Positions 16,954 to 26,889 of a stretch of DNA of 64,000 nucleotides are shown here, one piece after another (the first letter of the stretch is position 1; each line of letters starts with the position of its first letter). A program made the position numbers and the translations under genes. Source of the stretch: an uncultured Holophagales bacterium (GTDB lineage: Bacteria; Acidobacteriota; Thermoanaerobaculia; Multivoradales; UBA5704); assembly GCA_963844885.1 (NCBI GenBank), contig CAWJQA010000018.1, positions 208,675-272,674 of the forward strand, written 5' to 3'. The notes beneath the pieces are model-generated. The model searched no databases and was not told the DNA's origin. It saw only the letters and a list, made by a program, of their open reading frames with translations.

Positions 16954-19900
16954 ATGAGTGAGAACGGAGAATACCGCAGCGGTCAGGGCACCATCATTCC
17001 CAGGCTGTTCATCGGCCTCGGGGGCGTGGGCTCGCGGATCGTCGACCGGATCGCCGGACGGACGGCCTACCTGCCCAACTGGGAGAGCCAGCTTCGCCCG
17101 CTCACCAACTTCATCTCGATCGACACCAACGAGCTCGACCAGCACAAGCTCAAGCATGTGCCGGACGGCAACCGGTTGAACATCGCCGCGTTCGACAAAG
17201 CCAAGGCCATCGAATACCTGCGGCGCTCCAAGGATCCGCAGGCTCTGCAGTGGCTGGACCGTGGATATCAACCGCGCCCGGTTTCAAGCCTGGCGCCGGC
17301 CAGATCCGGGTGGAAGCGCGCCTCGGCTTTTTCTATCACTCCCTGGAGATCCGCCAGCGCATCAAGGAGCTGATCCATGAGACGCTGCGCCCCGGCATCA
17401 CGTGGCGGCAGTCGAACCCGCCGAAGTACAACGTGTATCTGTTCTGCACGCTCGCCGGCGGCACCGGCTCCGGCAGCTTCCTCTCGGTGGCCTATCTGAT
17501 CAACGCACTGCTAGGCGAGCAGGGGTGGCAACCCCGGGTCATCGGCAACCTGCTTCTGTCCACGCTGATGCTGGACCAGGTCGGCCCCGAGCTCCACCCC
17601 GACATCCACGCCAACACCTACGCGGCGCTCAAGGAGTTGGAGCACCTCACCAAGCTCGACTACAAGCAGGTGAAGGACGAAGGCCGTGTCTCCGATCAAT
17701 TCGTCTACTGCCGGGACGAGAACAACCGGGCGGTGCAGAACGTCGCAACGCGTCCGTTCTTCCTGTCGTTCGTCTTCGACCGTCCCGCGCACCTCGGCCT
17801 GCCGAATCCCGAGACGGCCATCGCGGACGCGGCGTTTCTCCAGATCTTCACGCCGATCATCGACAACCTGGCCGGCGAGCTCGACAACTACGAGAAGAAC
17901 CTCGAGGGACTGACGCGCTTCCCCGGCGATCTCAAGAACGTAGGCCTTGGCTATACCAAGAACTTCGGAGCGTTCGGCGCCGCCGCTCTGGTGCTGCCCG
18001 GCCACGACTTCCTGGAGTACGCCGTGGCGCGCTTCGCCGCGCAGGCGATCCGCAGCCAGATCACCTTCGGCGCCGATCCGGCCAACCCCGGCGACGATCG
18101 GGCGCGCGCCCTGGCGCGGCTGGCGGTCGACTACTCGGACCCCAAATTCCTCAACATGTCGGACGAAGGGCGGGAGCGGACGATCAACCAGTCGTTCCTC
18201 TCCTCGGTGCAGGAGATGGCCCGCCAGGACGAGCGGCAGGAGCTTCTGGAGGGCTACTGGTACCGGCTGGCGGAGTCGGTCGACCAGGGCCGCAAGACCG
18301 GCGTCGACGACAAAGGCGAGGAGGTCCGCGGCGAATCGCAGATCCGCTGGGTAGAGCGCAAGCTGGAAGAGACCCGCCGCGACCTGCTCAACCGGGTGTC
18401 GATCAAGGAGAGGGCGTTCGTCTTCCACCGCGAAGGAGTGAACCAGTACGTGGAGCTGGTCAGCCGGCTGATCGAGGACATCCGGGGCGCGCGCCAGATC
18501 GTGGACGAAGGGGTGCGCGGCCTGGAGGCCGCCGCCCTCGAAGGCGAGGTCGTCTCCGAGCTGAAGCTCGATCCAATCGCCGAGCGCTACCTGGCGATCC
18601 GGCTGCTCGACCGTTGTGAGCAACAGTGGATCCCCGAGGCCCAGCAGCAGCTCGAAAAGGCCCGCGCCCGTGACATCGGCAACCCCAAGGTCCGCGAGCG
18701 GCTGGAGCGCGAGCTCTTCGAGTCGCTCCAGGAGGCGGCCTCGAAACGCGCGATCTTCAACCGTGATCAGGCGTTCCTGAGCGTCCGCGACGAGGCCCAG
18801 GAATACTTCCGCAGCGTGGCCACCGCGGCCCGCAATACCTTCGACGCGGAGATCCGGCTGCGGCAGCTCCGGTCCCTCCTGGAGTACCTGCAGCGCCGTT
18901 CGCGGCAGTACGCCCGGCTCGCCACCCGCATGGACGCTCTGGTGCAGGATCTGGAGCGCGACGCCGAACGCCTGCGCCGCGGCGAAGCCGCCGTGGTCGC
19001 TCCGCTCGCCCTGCGCGTCGAGGTCTTCGAGACGCTCGACGAGCCCCACCGCCGCATCTGGGACCGCGTCTACCTGGCGCTCTTCGTCGAGGGTGGGCGC
19101 TACATGGCCACCTTCGACCGCCAGGCGCTCGCTGAGACCATCTCCCGCGAGCTCAAACCGGTCGTACGCGGCGACGGTACCGTGACGGAAAAGACCCTGG
19201 ACCAGACGGTCAACGACCTGCGCCGCGCCCTGCGCGAGTTGGGCGCTCAGCGGCTGCGCCCGGCCATCCTCGGCGGCGACGGGCAGCCCGGGCTCGACCT
19301 CGTGCGCGGGTTGGAGCTGGAGGGCCGCTTGATCCTCCAGCCCGGCAAGCCGCCGGGCCAGGAGGTCACCGAGGACGAAATCGACGAGTACCGCCGCAAG
19401 AAGTTCCGCGCCCTCGCCCAGGTGGCCGGTGTGCTGGCCCGGGTCAGCTCCACCGAGACCAAGGCCCTGGACGACGGCGTGAAGACGAACCGCACCCGCC
19501 AGCTCATCGTGGGCATCGGCGCCGGCGGCGGCACCGCCTCCCAGCGTTTCGTCGACGAGCTCAACGCCGTACTGGCGACGAGCGGCCGGCAGGTCAAGGA
19601 GGACGAGTGGCACGATCCGCGGATCGCCATCGTCCACGACGTGGAGATGCCGATCCCGCTCTACTACATAGAGCCGGTGACCTCCGAGATCGAGGACGCC
19701 TACCTCGCCCTCGCCGCGGACGAGCGCCGCGCCTACAACCTCCACACGGACTACAACTGGGAACGGTCGCTGCCCAATCTGAACCCCCGCCGTTCGGAAA
19801 TCACCGTGGGCTGGTCGCTGCGCATGCTCGCCGAGGGCCTCCTCACCCACGTCGTCGGCCGGCAGGACGGCTTCTGGGTCTGGCAGATCGACGGCAGCGG

Positions 19901-20246
19901 CGAGGTCGAGCGGCTCGGACGAAACCTGTCGAGCACCCTCTACCGCCTGGGCGAGATCCACCGCATCGAGGATCTCCAGAAGAGGTTGGAGGCGCGGCTC
20001 CGCGAGGCGAAGTCGCTGGTGGACTTCGCGCGGGAGGAGCAGCGGCGCAAGGAGATCCGCGAGCTCGCTGACTCGCTCCTCGCCGCCATGGGCCGGCGCG
20101 AACTGCACGGAGAGATGGCCCGCGAGGACAGTCTGGACCGCCCGATCCTGCGCGCCCTGCTGCAGGAGCTCGACCGTCCGGGCGACGACAGGACTTCGAT
20201 GGCCTCCCCCGATGAACGGCTCTACGAAGGGTTGCGGCTCCCGTGA
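16954..20246 (+). CDS. Giant tubulin/FtsZ-superfamily GTPase (Tubulin_2-like N-domain plus ~700-aa helical/coiled-coil extension); one frame break near 17272 as sequenced
   Basis: Track ORF 16954..17373 gives RLFIGLGGVGSRIVDRI (a GxGxxG nucleotide loop). Track ORF 17250..20246 gives GAGQIRVEARLGF and FCTLAGGTGSGSFLSV, the tubulin signature GGTGSG at 17457-17474. The two frames join at ..WLDRGYQP/APGFKPGAGQ.. if one nt is restored in caacc-gcg (17269-17276). Confidence 0.8.
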
Positions 20247-22738
20247 CGCCCGACACCTCGGTCTCGCCTCAGCGCGCCACGATCCTCGTCGGCTACGGCG
20301 AGCTCGGCCGCGACGTGCTTCGCCGCCTCCTGGCCAGCACCGCACTGCGGGGTGTGCTGGTCTGGGAGGAGCCTCACGGCGGCGCGGACGCCGCCGAGCG
20401 CTCGCTCCAGGATCTGGCCCTCCTCTGGGTGCGCGACCGTGTCGGCGCCGCAGGGCCGGAGCCGGAGGACGACACGCACGGGGAAAGCTCGTTCGAGATG
20501 ATGCGCGACCTTTACCGGCAGATCCAGCAGGTGCCCGAAGCCGGCAGCCCGGAAACCGACTTCGCCGAGGCCCTGTCCGCGGCGGCGGAGAAGCTGCTGT
20601 CGGCTTCGGTGCGGGCGTCGCGCCGCGGCGTCCTGCCGCTCGGCCTGGACGTGGTCGTGATCGCCCGACCCACCGGCCCCGAGGTGATCGGCAGCCTCGA
20701 CCGCATGCTCGTCCGCGGCATGGAGCGGCTGGCGAACAACGCCAATCTGGAGCGCGCGGTGCAGGGATCCGAAGCCCTGAGCTTCCTCAAGATCCTGGAC
20801 TTCGAGAACTACTGGGACCGCGGCGACCGCGGGCGCAGGGTCCGCGAAGCGGTCCACAACTCGGTGGAGCAGTGGTGGAAGCGGCGGATCGACGGCAAGC
20901 CCGCCTTCAGCCGCTTCTATCTCGTGGACGGGCGCACCGCGGACGGCATCCGCGACACCTCGAATCGCATGGACGAAATCAGCCTCTTTCTCGAGCTTCT
21001 GCTCTTCGAGGGCCAGCGTAGCGGCACGCTCCAAAAGCTCTATCAGTCGCAAGGCGCCATCGAGTCGCCGCTGGGGACGTTCGGCATCCGCCTCATGGAG
21101 CGCAGCGCCGGCCTGTTGAGCCGCCTGGCTGCCGCGCGCTTCGGCGTCGGCTGGCTCGCCTACCTGGCGCAGGACGGCGCCGGCACCGGCGGCCGGCCGG
21201 CGGAGCACCTGCGCACACGGCTCGCACCCTATCAGCCAGCCGAGCTGGACCGGCTGCTCGGCCGCGACGAGCTGCGCGCCCTGGTGGATGCCGAGCTGGC
21301 AGCCCTGGAGGCGGAGCTCGTGGCCATCCCGTTCGACCTTCCGGACTGGCCGGAGCGCGTCCGCGCCAGTCACGGTAAAGCCTTGCGCCGTCTGGAAGCC
21401 CGCCTCTCCGAGCGCGTTCGGATCCGCATGGCCGAAATCGGCCGCGAGCGCCTGGCCGGGCTCGCGGAAGATCTCCACGCCGGCATCGAAGATGACCTTC
21501 ACGATTCGCGCGACCCAGTGCCCTTGGGCACCGTCCTCGCCGAGGTCGAGCGCACGCTCGACGATCTCGCGGGCAGAGAGGACGACTCGCCGCAGGCCCC
21601 TTCCGCGGACGCCCTGTTCGCCCGGGTCGCCTCCGTCCACTCCAGCTATCTCCGGTTCTCCTACGACCGCGTGAGCCCCGAGCATCTGCGCCGGTGGTGG
21701 CCGGTCCTCGGCATCGCCCTGTCCGCCGTGCTGACCCCGCTGGTCAGCGAGCTCCTGGCGGACGTTCAGAAACCCGACCCCTTGAAGCTCCTCCAGACCC
21801 GGGCGTGGGATCTTCTGCAATGGATCGCGAAGCCGCCGGTCGTCGGGATTCTCCTGTTCCTTGCCGCCTGGGGGCTCGGCGCCTGGCTTCTGCAACGGTC
21901 GGTCGCGGCGCGCATCGACCGCGCGCGGCGCTTCTTCAGCGACCCGCAGCGCGGTCGGTTCGTGGAGCGGCTGCGCCAGGGCCTGGAGCCGGGCGGCGCG
22001 CTACGCAGCCCTGTCGACCAAGCCGTCGACCGCATGGTGCGGGACATGTCCATCAGCGTCCGCGGAGAGGTTCGGCGCGAGCTGGCGCGGGCGGCGTCCG
22101 TGCTGCGGGAGCGCCGCCGTGAGCTTCTCTGGCTGCGCGAGCAGCTCCGCGAGCTCCTCCGGCTCCATGGCCTGTCGGCCGAGGAGCGCCAAAGCGACCT
22201 CGAACGCGTCCTGCGCAACAATACCGGCGTCACCGGCATCCGTTACTCTCTGGAGCGCGCCGAGGACTTTGAGCGCATGCTACGGAGCAACCCTCCCAAC
22301 TCCGCGCGCTTCCGGTCGACCCAGGGCGCTCAGTCGCCCTTCAATGGCTGGGACCGCCGCTACAGCCGCGCGTTCCTCCACCCGATCACCTTCCTCGACA
22401 GACTGAGCCGCATCTACAAGGACCCGTTCCAGCAGGAGCTGGCGGTGCCCGGCACCGGCCCCGAGCAGCAGCGGCGAGCCGACGAGCTCCTGGAGTTCCT
22501 GCGCCGCCAGGGCTCTTTCGACCTGGCCTTCCAGTGGAAGGCAGAGGCGGGCGTCTCTCCCGACCGCCGCTTCTGCCTCCTGCCCACCATATGGCGCCAG
22601 CTTCCTGGTGTCTTGCCGACGCTCTCCGGCCTGCGAGTAAGCGAGGAGTCAATCCTCCCGGGGAGTGACGTAGCGCGCGCCTACCTGCTGCGGGTACAGA
22701 CCGGCGTCGAGCCGGAATGCCTTCTCAAGAAACGGTGA
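20243..22738 (+). CDS. Large hypothetical protein, possibly a degenerate tubulin-like partner, with two central TM segments
   Basis: 831 aa. The GTG start overlaps the upstream TGA. ATILVGYGELGRDVLRRL parallels FIGLGGVGSRIVDRI of the upstream protein. VVVIARPTGPEVIGSL (20663-20683) sits where GGTGSG would be. Hydrophobic segments are WWPVLGIALSAVLTPLV and VVGILLFLAAWGLGAWLL. The functional call is by-eye and weak. Confidence 0.55.
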   Translation: MTPDTSVSPQRATILVGYGELGRDVLRRLLASTALRGVLVWEEPHGGADAAERSLQDLALLWVRDRVGAAGPEPEDDTHGESSFEMMRDLYRQIQQVPEAGSPETDFAEALSAAAEKLLSASVRASRRGVLPLGLDVVVIARPTGPEVIGSLDRMLVRGMERLANNANLERAVQGSEALSFLKILDFENYWDRGDRGRRVREAVHNSVEQWWKRRIDGKPAFSRFYLVDGRTADGIRDTSNRMDEISLFLELLLFEGQRSGTLQKLYQSQGAIESPLGTFGIRLMERSAGLLSRLAAARFGVGWLAYLAQDGAGTGGRPAEHLRTRLAPYQPAELDRLLGRDELRALVDAELAALEAELVAIPFDLPDWPERVRASHGKALRRLEARLSERVRIRMAEIGRERLAGLAEDLHAGIEDDLHDSRDPVPLGTVLAEVERTLDDLAGREDDSPQAPSADALFARVASVHSSYLRFSYDRVSPEHLRRWWPVLGIALSAVLTPLVSELLADVQKPDPLKLLQTRAWDLLQWIAKPPVVGILLFLAAWGLGAWLLQRSVAARIDRARRFFSDPQRGRFVERLRQGLEPGGALRSPVDQAVDRMVRDMSISVRGEVRRELARAASVLRERRRELLWLREQLRELLRLHGLSAEERQSDLERVLRNNTGVTGIRYSLERAEDFERMLRSNPPNSARFRSTQGAQSPFNGWDRRYSRAFLHPITFLDRLSRIYKDPFQQELAVPGTGPEQQRRADELLEFLRRQGSFDLAFQWKAEAGVSPDRRFCLLPTIWRQLPGVLPTLSGLRVSEESILPGSDVARAYLLRVQTGVEPECLLKKR

Positions 22739-22740
22739 CC

Positions 22741-25641
22741 ATGGACATGCTCGACCAGATCCTGCTCCCCTTCGGCTTTCTCGCGGCTGCCGCAGCCGTG
22801 GCATACGGCGCGGACCGCGCCGCGCTCGCCCGCCGCAGGGACGGCGACCGGGGCGATTTCTGGGCTCGGATCGTCCAGTGGCTCTGCCTGGGCCTCGGAG
22901 TCCCCCTGCTCCTCTCGGGCTTCCTGCAGACGCTCTTTCCGCGGTACTGGCGCCTCGGCCGGCACCTCCAGCTCGATCTGACAGGCGCCTTCGGCTGGAC
23001 GCTGGAAACTTGCTACCGTCTGGCGCTCTTCCTGCCCTTCGCGGCTTGGCTCGCATTGCTGGCCTTGGGCCTCGCGCGCAAGCCGGGGGACCGCGACGAG
23101 GCGCGTTGGCTCGCGGGAGGGATCGGCTTCGGCGGCTCGCGGCTCTGGGTCCTCCTGTGCGCGGCCCCCTTCGCCATCCTCCTGGTGCTGACGCCCGACC
23201 GTCTCGGAGGCGGCGACGGCGCCTACCCCGGCGCCTCCTGGGCGACGGCGGCGGTGCTCCTGCTCTCTCTGGCCGGCGTCGCCCTGAGCGCAGGACGGCC
23301 GGAAGCGGCGCCGTTGGCCCGTCCCGCCGGCTCGTCCCAAGCCACGGCCCCCCCGTCTCTCCAGCCCTGGCCGCAGGCGCTCGCTACGCACGGCGTGAGC
23401 GTCCGCGGAGTAACTTCGTGGTCCGCCAGCGGCCCCGCCCGCGCGCCCCGGCCGGTCGCCGGCAGCGACCTGGCCGAGCGGCTCCGCCACCTGGGAGCGG
23501 GCGAGGTGGCGCCGGAGTTGGTCGAAGCTGTGGGCGCTCTCCTGGAGAACGGGCCAAACGAGGGCGAGCACGGCCCGGCCCGGATCGTCTTCGCCCCCGA
23601 CCACTGCGGCCAGATCGAAACCGTGGCTGTGGCCGCCGCCATGCTGGAGCAGCGGTTCCACGCCACGACCCTCGTGGTCACCGCCCGCGACGCCGAGGCC
23701 CTGGCGGACCAGTTCCGCCTCTGGCTGCCGGCACCCGGCGCCGTCGGCGTCTTCGCCGGCACGGGCGAGCCTCCCTGGGGCGCGGTGGTGTGGATCGTCG
23801 AAGCCCAGATCCTCTCTGACCGGCTGCTCCCGATCCTCAAGGACCCCCTCCAGGCGCGGCGATTCGGCTTCATCGTCTGGTGGCACCTGGAGGCCTTCAG
23901 CGGCGTCTTCGCGGCCAATCTGTGGGCGATCTCGCGGCGGCTCCACCGCCTCCTCCAGGCGCTGGGGCGGCGCGACGTCCGCACGCTGGCCCTGGTCCGT
24001 AGCGCCCCGCACGGCGCGGCCCAGCTCGCCTCGTTCGTGCGGCGCCTCCTTCCGCACTCCTTTCCGGGCGGCGCGGAGGTCCACGTCAGCCAGCGATTCC
24101 CACGCCAGGTCTACCTTCACGCGCTGGAGTCCCACCAGGGCTACTTCGCCCGGGGGGAGGGACGGGATGTCCAGGAGCGCCACCGGCACCTCCCGCTGAT
24201 TGCCGCCCGGGTCTCCGCCGATGAGGGCTGGCCGACGGTCCTGGAGGTCCCGGCCGACGTGGCCAGGCCCGACATCGAAGCCGTTCTTCAGCTCGCGTCC
24301 GGAGGGTCGGTCCTCCGCGACCGCCTGGAGACCGACCCGAGCCGCGCCGGAGCGCGTCTCCTCGGTGTCGAGGCCGGCGATATCCTGTCGCTGCCGGAGA
24401 TCGTCAGCCAGGGTGGACGCTGCGCTCCCGCGGGCCTGCCGCATCACGTGGGGCTCTCGCTGCCGCCGAACCCGTACGCGGCCCACCTCGTCGACCGAAT
24501 GGCGGAAGCCGACGCCGCCTTCCCGACCTCCCGCCGCCTGGTCGCCGCCGAGGCGCTCTCCACTGTGGTCCGCCGGCACCTCCTCCTGGCCCTCAACGAG
24601 CTGCCCGACACCCGCAGCGGGCTGCTCAAGGACTTCCTCTGGAACGACGAGGTCATCAGAAGCACGCTGGACGAGATCGCCCGCGACGGCAAGCTCGTCC
24701 GCCGCGAGGTGCGCTTCCTCACCGAGGGCGGACGCCTGCGGATCGATCACGAGTACAGCAGCCAGCGCCCGCCCAACGACGAGCAGCGCCCGCTCGACAC
24801 GGTAGGTTCCTGGCTGGTTGACGTCCGCGAGCTGGCCGGCGGCTACGACGGCGGCGGCGTGCGTCTGCGCGTCGATCCCGAGCGGCTGACCATCCAGGCC
24901 TACCCGAACCGCGTGTTCCTCCAGGACGGCCGGCGCTACCGCGTGCGCGACTGGAGCTCGATCGAGTCCGTGCTCCGCAGCCGCTCGATCGCCTGCGACC
25001 GCGAGGACGTCCACAGTCTCACCTGGCGCATCCGCAACCCTCTCGTCTTCGGCATCGAGCCGTCGCGGGCGCCGAGCGGCGTGGGCCGTACCGGCAAGCT
25101 CCTCACCTGCTTCCCGGCCCGCCTCACCTACGAGGAGGAGGTGGTGGGAGCCCTGCGGTTGGCGCCGGACCTGGGCACCGGCCTGCCGCCGCGCACCGAG
25201 ACACTGCGCCTCGCGCGGCCGATCACCCAGAGCTTTTCCACCCGTGCCCTGATTCTGCGCTTCCCGGATGAAGAGGAGCACGTCGCTCTCGCGTCGCTCG
25301 CCCAAGCTCTGCGCCACGTCCTCCCCGTCCACCTCGGCGTCGACGAGGACGCGCTCGAGGTCGTGCCGCTAACCGGTGAGATCATCAGCGACCTGCCCAC
25401 CTACGGTCTCGCCGTGGTCGACCTCTACCCCGGTGGCATCGGTCTCGTGGACGAGATCGGCGACGACAGCCCCTTCCTGCTCCAACTCCTCGAATGGACC
25501 GACGGCTGGCTCAAGGCTTGTCCTTGCCAGAGCGACGCCGGCTGCGACCGCTGCCTGCGCTCGCCGGCCGCGCTGGCGGCCAACATCGATCAACCCCCAC
25601 TGCGGAAGGCGGCCCTCGGCCTCCTCCGTCAAGTCCTTTGA
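22741..25641 (+). CDS. Five-TM N-terminal domain fused to a helicase-like core with degenerate Walker A, and a C-terminal DUF1998 (MrfA/YprA-type Zn-binding) domain
   Basis: ATG 22741 lies 2 nt after the upstream stop (alternatives: GTG 22735, ATG 22717). Five hydrophobic segments lie in the first ~190 aa. ARIVFAPDHCGQIETVAV lacks GK[ST], and GFIVWWHLEAFSG sits at the DExH position. The C-terminus VVDLYPGGIGLVDE...CPCQSDAGCDRCL...NIDQPPLRKAA (Cys cluster 25519-25554) matches the DUF1998 pattern. Confidence 0.7.
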   Translation: MDMLDQILLPFGFLAAAAAVAYGADRAALARRRDGDRGDFWARIVQWLCLGLGVPLLLSGFLQTLFPRYWRLGRHLQLDLTGAFGWTLETCYRLALFLPFAAWLALLALGLARKPGDRDEARWLAGGIGFGGSRLWVLLCAAPFAILLVLTPDRLGGGDGAYPGASWATAAVLLLSLAGVALSAGRPEAAPLARPAGSSQATAPPSLQPWPQALATHGVSVRGVTSWSASGPARAPRPVAGSDLAERLRHLGAGEVAPELVEAVGALLENGPNEGEHGPARIVFAPDHCGQIETVAVAAAMLEQRFHATTLVVTARDAEALADQFRLWLPAPGAVGVFAGTGEPPWGAVVWIVEAQILSDRLLPILKDPLQARRFGFIVWWHLEAFSGVFAANLWAISRRLHRLLQALGRRDVRTLALVRSAPHGAAQLASFVRRLLPHSFPGGAEVHVSQRFPRQVYLHALESHQGYFARGEGRDVQERHRHLPLIAARVSADEGWPTVLEVPADVARPDIEAVLQLASGGSVLRDRLETDPSRAGARLLGVEAGDILSLPEIVSQGGRCAPAGLPHHVGLSLPPNPYAAHLVDRMAEADAAFPTSRRLVAAEALSTVVRRHLLLALNELPDTRSGLLKDFLWNDEVIRSTLDEIARDGKLVRREVRFLTEGGRLRIDHEYSSQRPPNDEQRPLDTVGSWLVDVRELAGGYDGGGVRLRVDPERLTIQAYPNRVFLQDGRRYRVRDWSSIESVLRSRSIACDREDVHSLTWRIRNPLVFGIEPSRAPSGVGRTGKLLTCFPARLTYEEEVVGALRLAPDLGTGLPPRTETLRLARPITQSFSTRALILRFPDEEEHVALASLAQALRHVLPVHLGVDEDALEVVPLTGEIISDLPTYGLAVVDLYPGGIGLVDEIGDDSPFLLQLLEWTDGWLKACPCQSDAGCDRCLRSPAALAANIDQPPLRKAALGLLRQVL

Positions 25642-25653
25642 GGACCGGACATC

Positions 25654-26889
25654 ATGTTCAGACCCAAGATCCACGGCGAGCTCGAAACCATCCACGAGCG
25701 CCTGCGCGGCTGGGAGACCTCGGTCCCGGCGCGCGCCCGTCGCTTCCACGCTCTGCGCGGAAGCCTGGAGGAGCAGGCCCGCAAGCTCCTGGGTCAGTTC
25801 GTGGTCTGGAGCGGGAACGAGACCCTCCAGCGGCTCAAGGACCGGACCGACCGGCTCAGCATGGTTGCCGAGCCGCTGGCGACCCTGATTCGGGACGCCG
25901 AACGCCTCGAACAGGAGATCAAGCTCCTCGCCCAGCGTGCCCGGGACGCCGGCAGTCCCGAGGTCGCTCGTGGCCTCGAGCAGCGCTGCCGCGACTGGTC
26001 CATCCTCATCGGCAGCCTGGGTACGGACTGCGACCGGGAGCCGGAGCTGCAGCGCGACCAGCTCCGCCTGCGCGGCACCGAGGAGGTGGTCCGCCTCCAC
26101 GACCAGGCGGTTTCCTGGCTCCAGGAGGCCCGGCGGGTGCTCTCCGACCTGGGCTCGGACCTCAAGGCCGCGCCCCTGGCCGCGGCCCTCCCGGACTTCG
26201 ACCTGCGTCTCCTGCGCGACGGCGCTACTCTGGAATGGGTTCAGGAGCTCAAAATGCTGGTCCAGCCGCTCAAGGATCTGGCCCGCCGCATCCAGGACCC
26301 TCCCCAGGAGCTCAAGACCGTGTCGCTGCTCCTCACCGACCTCCGCGGCTGGTCGCGGCAACTCAAGGAGAAGGAGGACCGCGTCGAGCAGCTCAAGCAG
26401 CGGCACCACTTCTACGCGGCGGACTGGAGCCCGGCCGGCCTCGACGACCTCGCCCGCGATGCCGAAACACTCCGCGACGAGCTAGTGGCCCAAGCCCGCG
26501 ATTTGCGCCGGCGAAAGCTCGAAGAGCTCAAGGACCGGGTCGAGGAGCTCATCCAGGCCTGCGGCCCACAGCCCGAGCTGGACGAGCGCATGTCCGAGGT
26601 CGAGACGCTGTCGTTCGACCGCTATCAACTTTTCCGCGAGTGGGCGGCCCGCTTCAAGCGTGTGGAAGACTACTTTCAGGCCATCGCCAACACCCATGAA
26701 GGTGCGCTCGAACGGCGCCTGTCCGAGCTCGTGGACGGGCTCCGCCAGGGCCTGGGAGCGCTCCGTTCCCAACCCCTTTCCGATCAGGTCCGCGGCGAGG
26801 CCGACGCTTTGAGCACGACCTGCGCGAGCTCGCCCAGATTTCCGGAGCCGAGCCGATGCTGCGCGCTCTCGGCCGGAGCGGCGAGATGA
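25654..26889 (+). CDS. Coiled-coil protein (hypothetical)
   Basis: 411 aa, rich in E/R/L/Q with long heptad-like stretches. The last ~25 aa (STTCASSPRFPEPSRCCALSAGAAR) look out of frame. The next gene's frame is already open from 26700, so the two ORFs may be one ~770-aa protein. Confidence 0.6.
   Translation: MFRPKIHGELETIHERLRGWETSVPARARRFHALRGSLEEQARKLLGQFVVWSGNETLQRLKDRTDRLSMVAEPLATLIRDAERLEQEIKLLAQRARDAGSPEVARGLEQRCRDWSILIGSLGTDCDREPELQRDQLRLRGTEEVVRLHDQAVSWLQEARRVLSDLGSDLKAAPLAAALPDFDLRLLRDGATLEWVQELKMLVQPLKDLARRIQDPPQELKTVSLLLTDLRGWSRQLKEKEDRVEQLKQRHHFYAADWSPAGLDDLARDAETLRDELVAQARDLRRRKLEELKDRVEELIQACGPQPELDERMSEVETLSFDRYQLFREWAARFKRVEDYFQAIANTHEGALERRLSELVDGLRQGLGALRSQPLSDQVRGEADALSTTCASSPRFPEPSRCCALSAGAAR

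Noticed and set aside
16954-17373. Treating 16954..17373 (139 aa) and 17250..20246 (998 aa) as two separate overlapping genes.
   Set aside because: The tubulin-like domain is split between them: the nucleotide loop is in the first, and GAGQ plus GGTGSG are in the second. The tail of the first ORF and the head of the second are out-of-frame sequence. One nt restores a continuous domain.
25494-26699. Same-strand alternative-frame ORFs with long R/P/G-rich translations. Examples: 25494..26699, 17402..18619, 22878..23819, 15000..15872, 20212..21021, 28278..29198, 58772..59890, 55226..56191, 56166..57248.
   Set aside because: These are out-of-frame readings of better-supported genes. They have no start/stop coupling, no motifs and an extreme composition.
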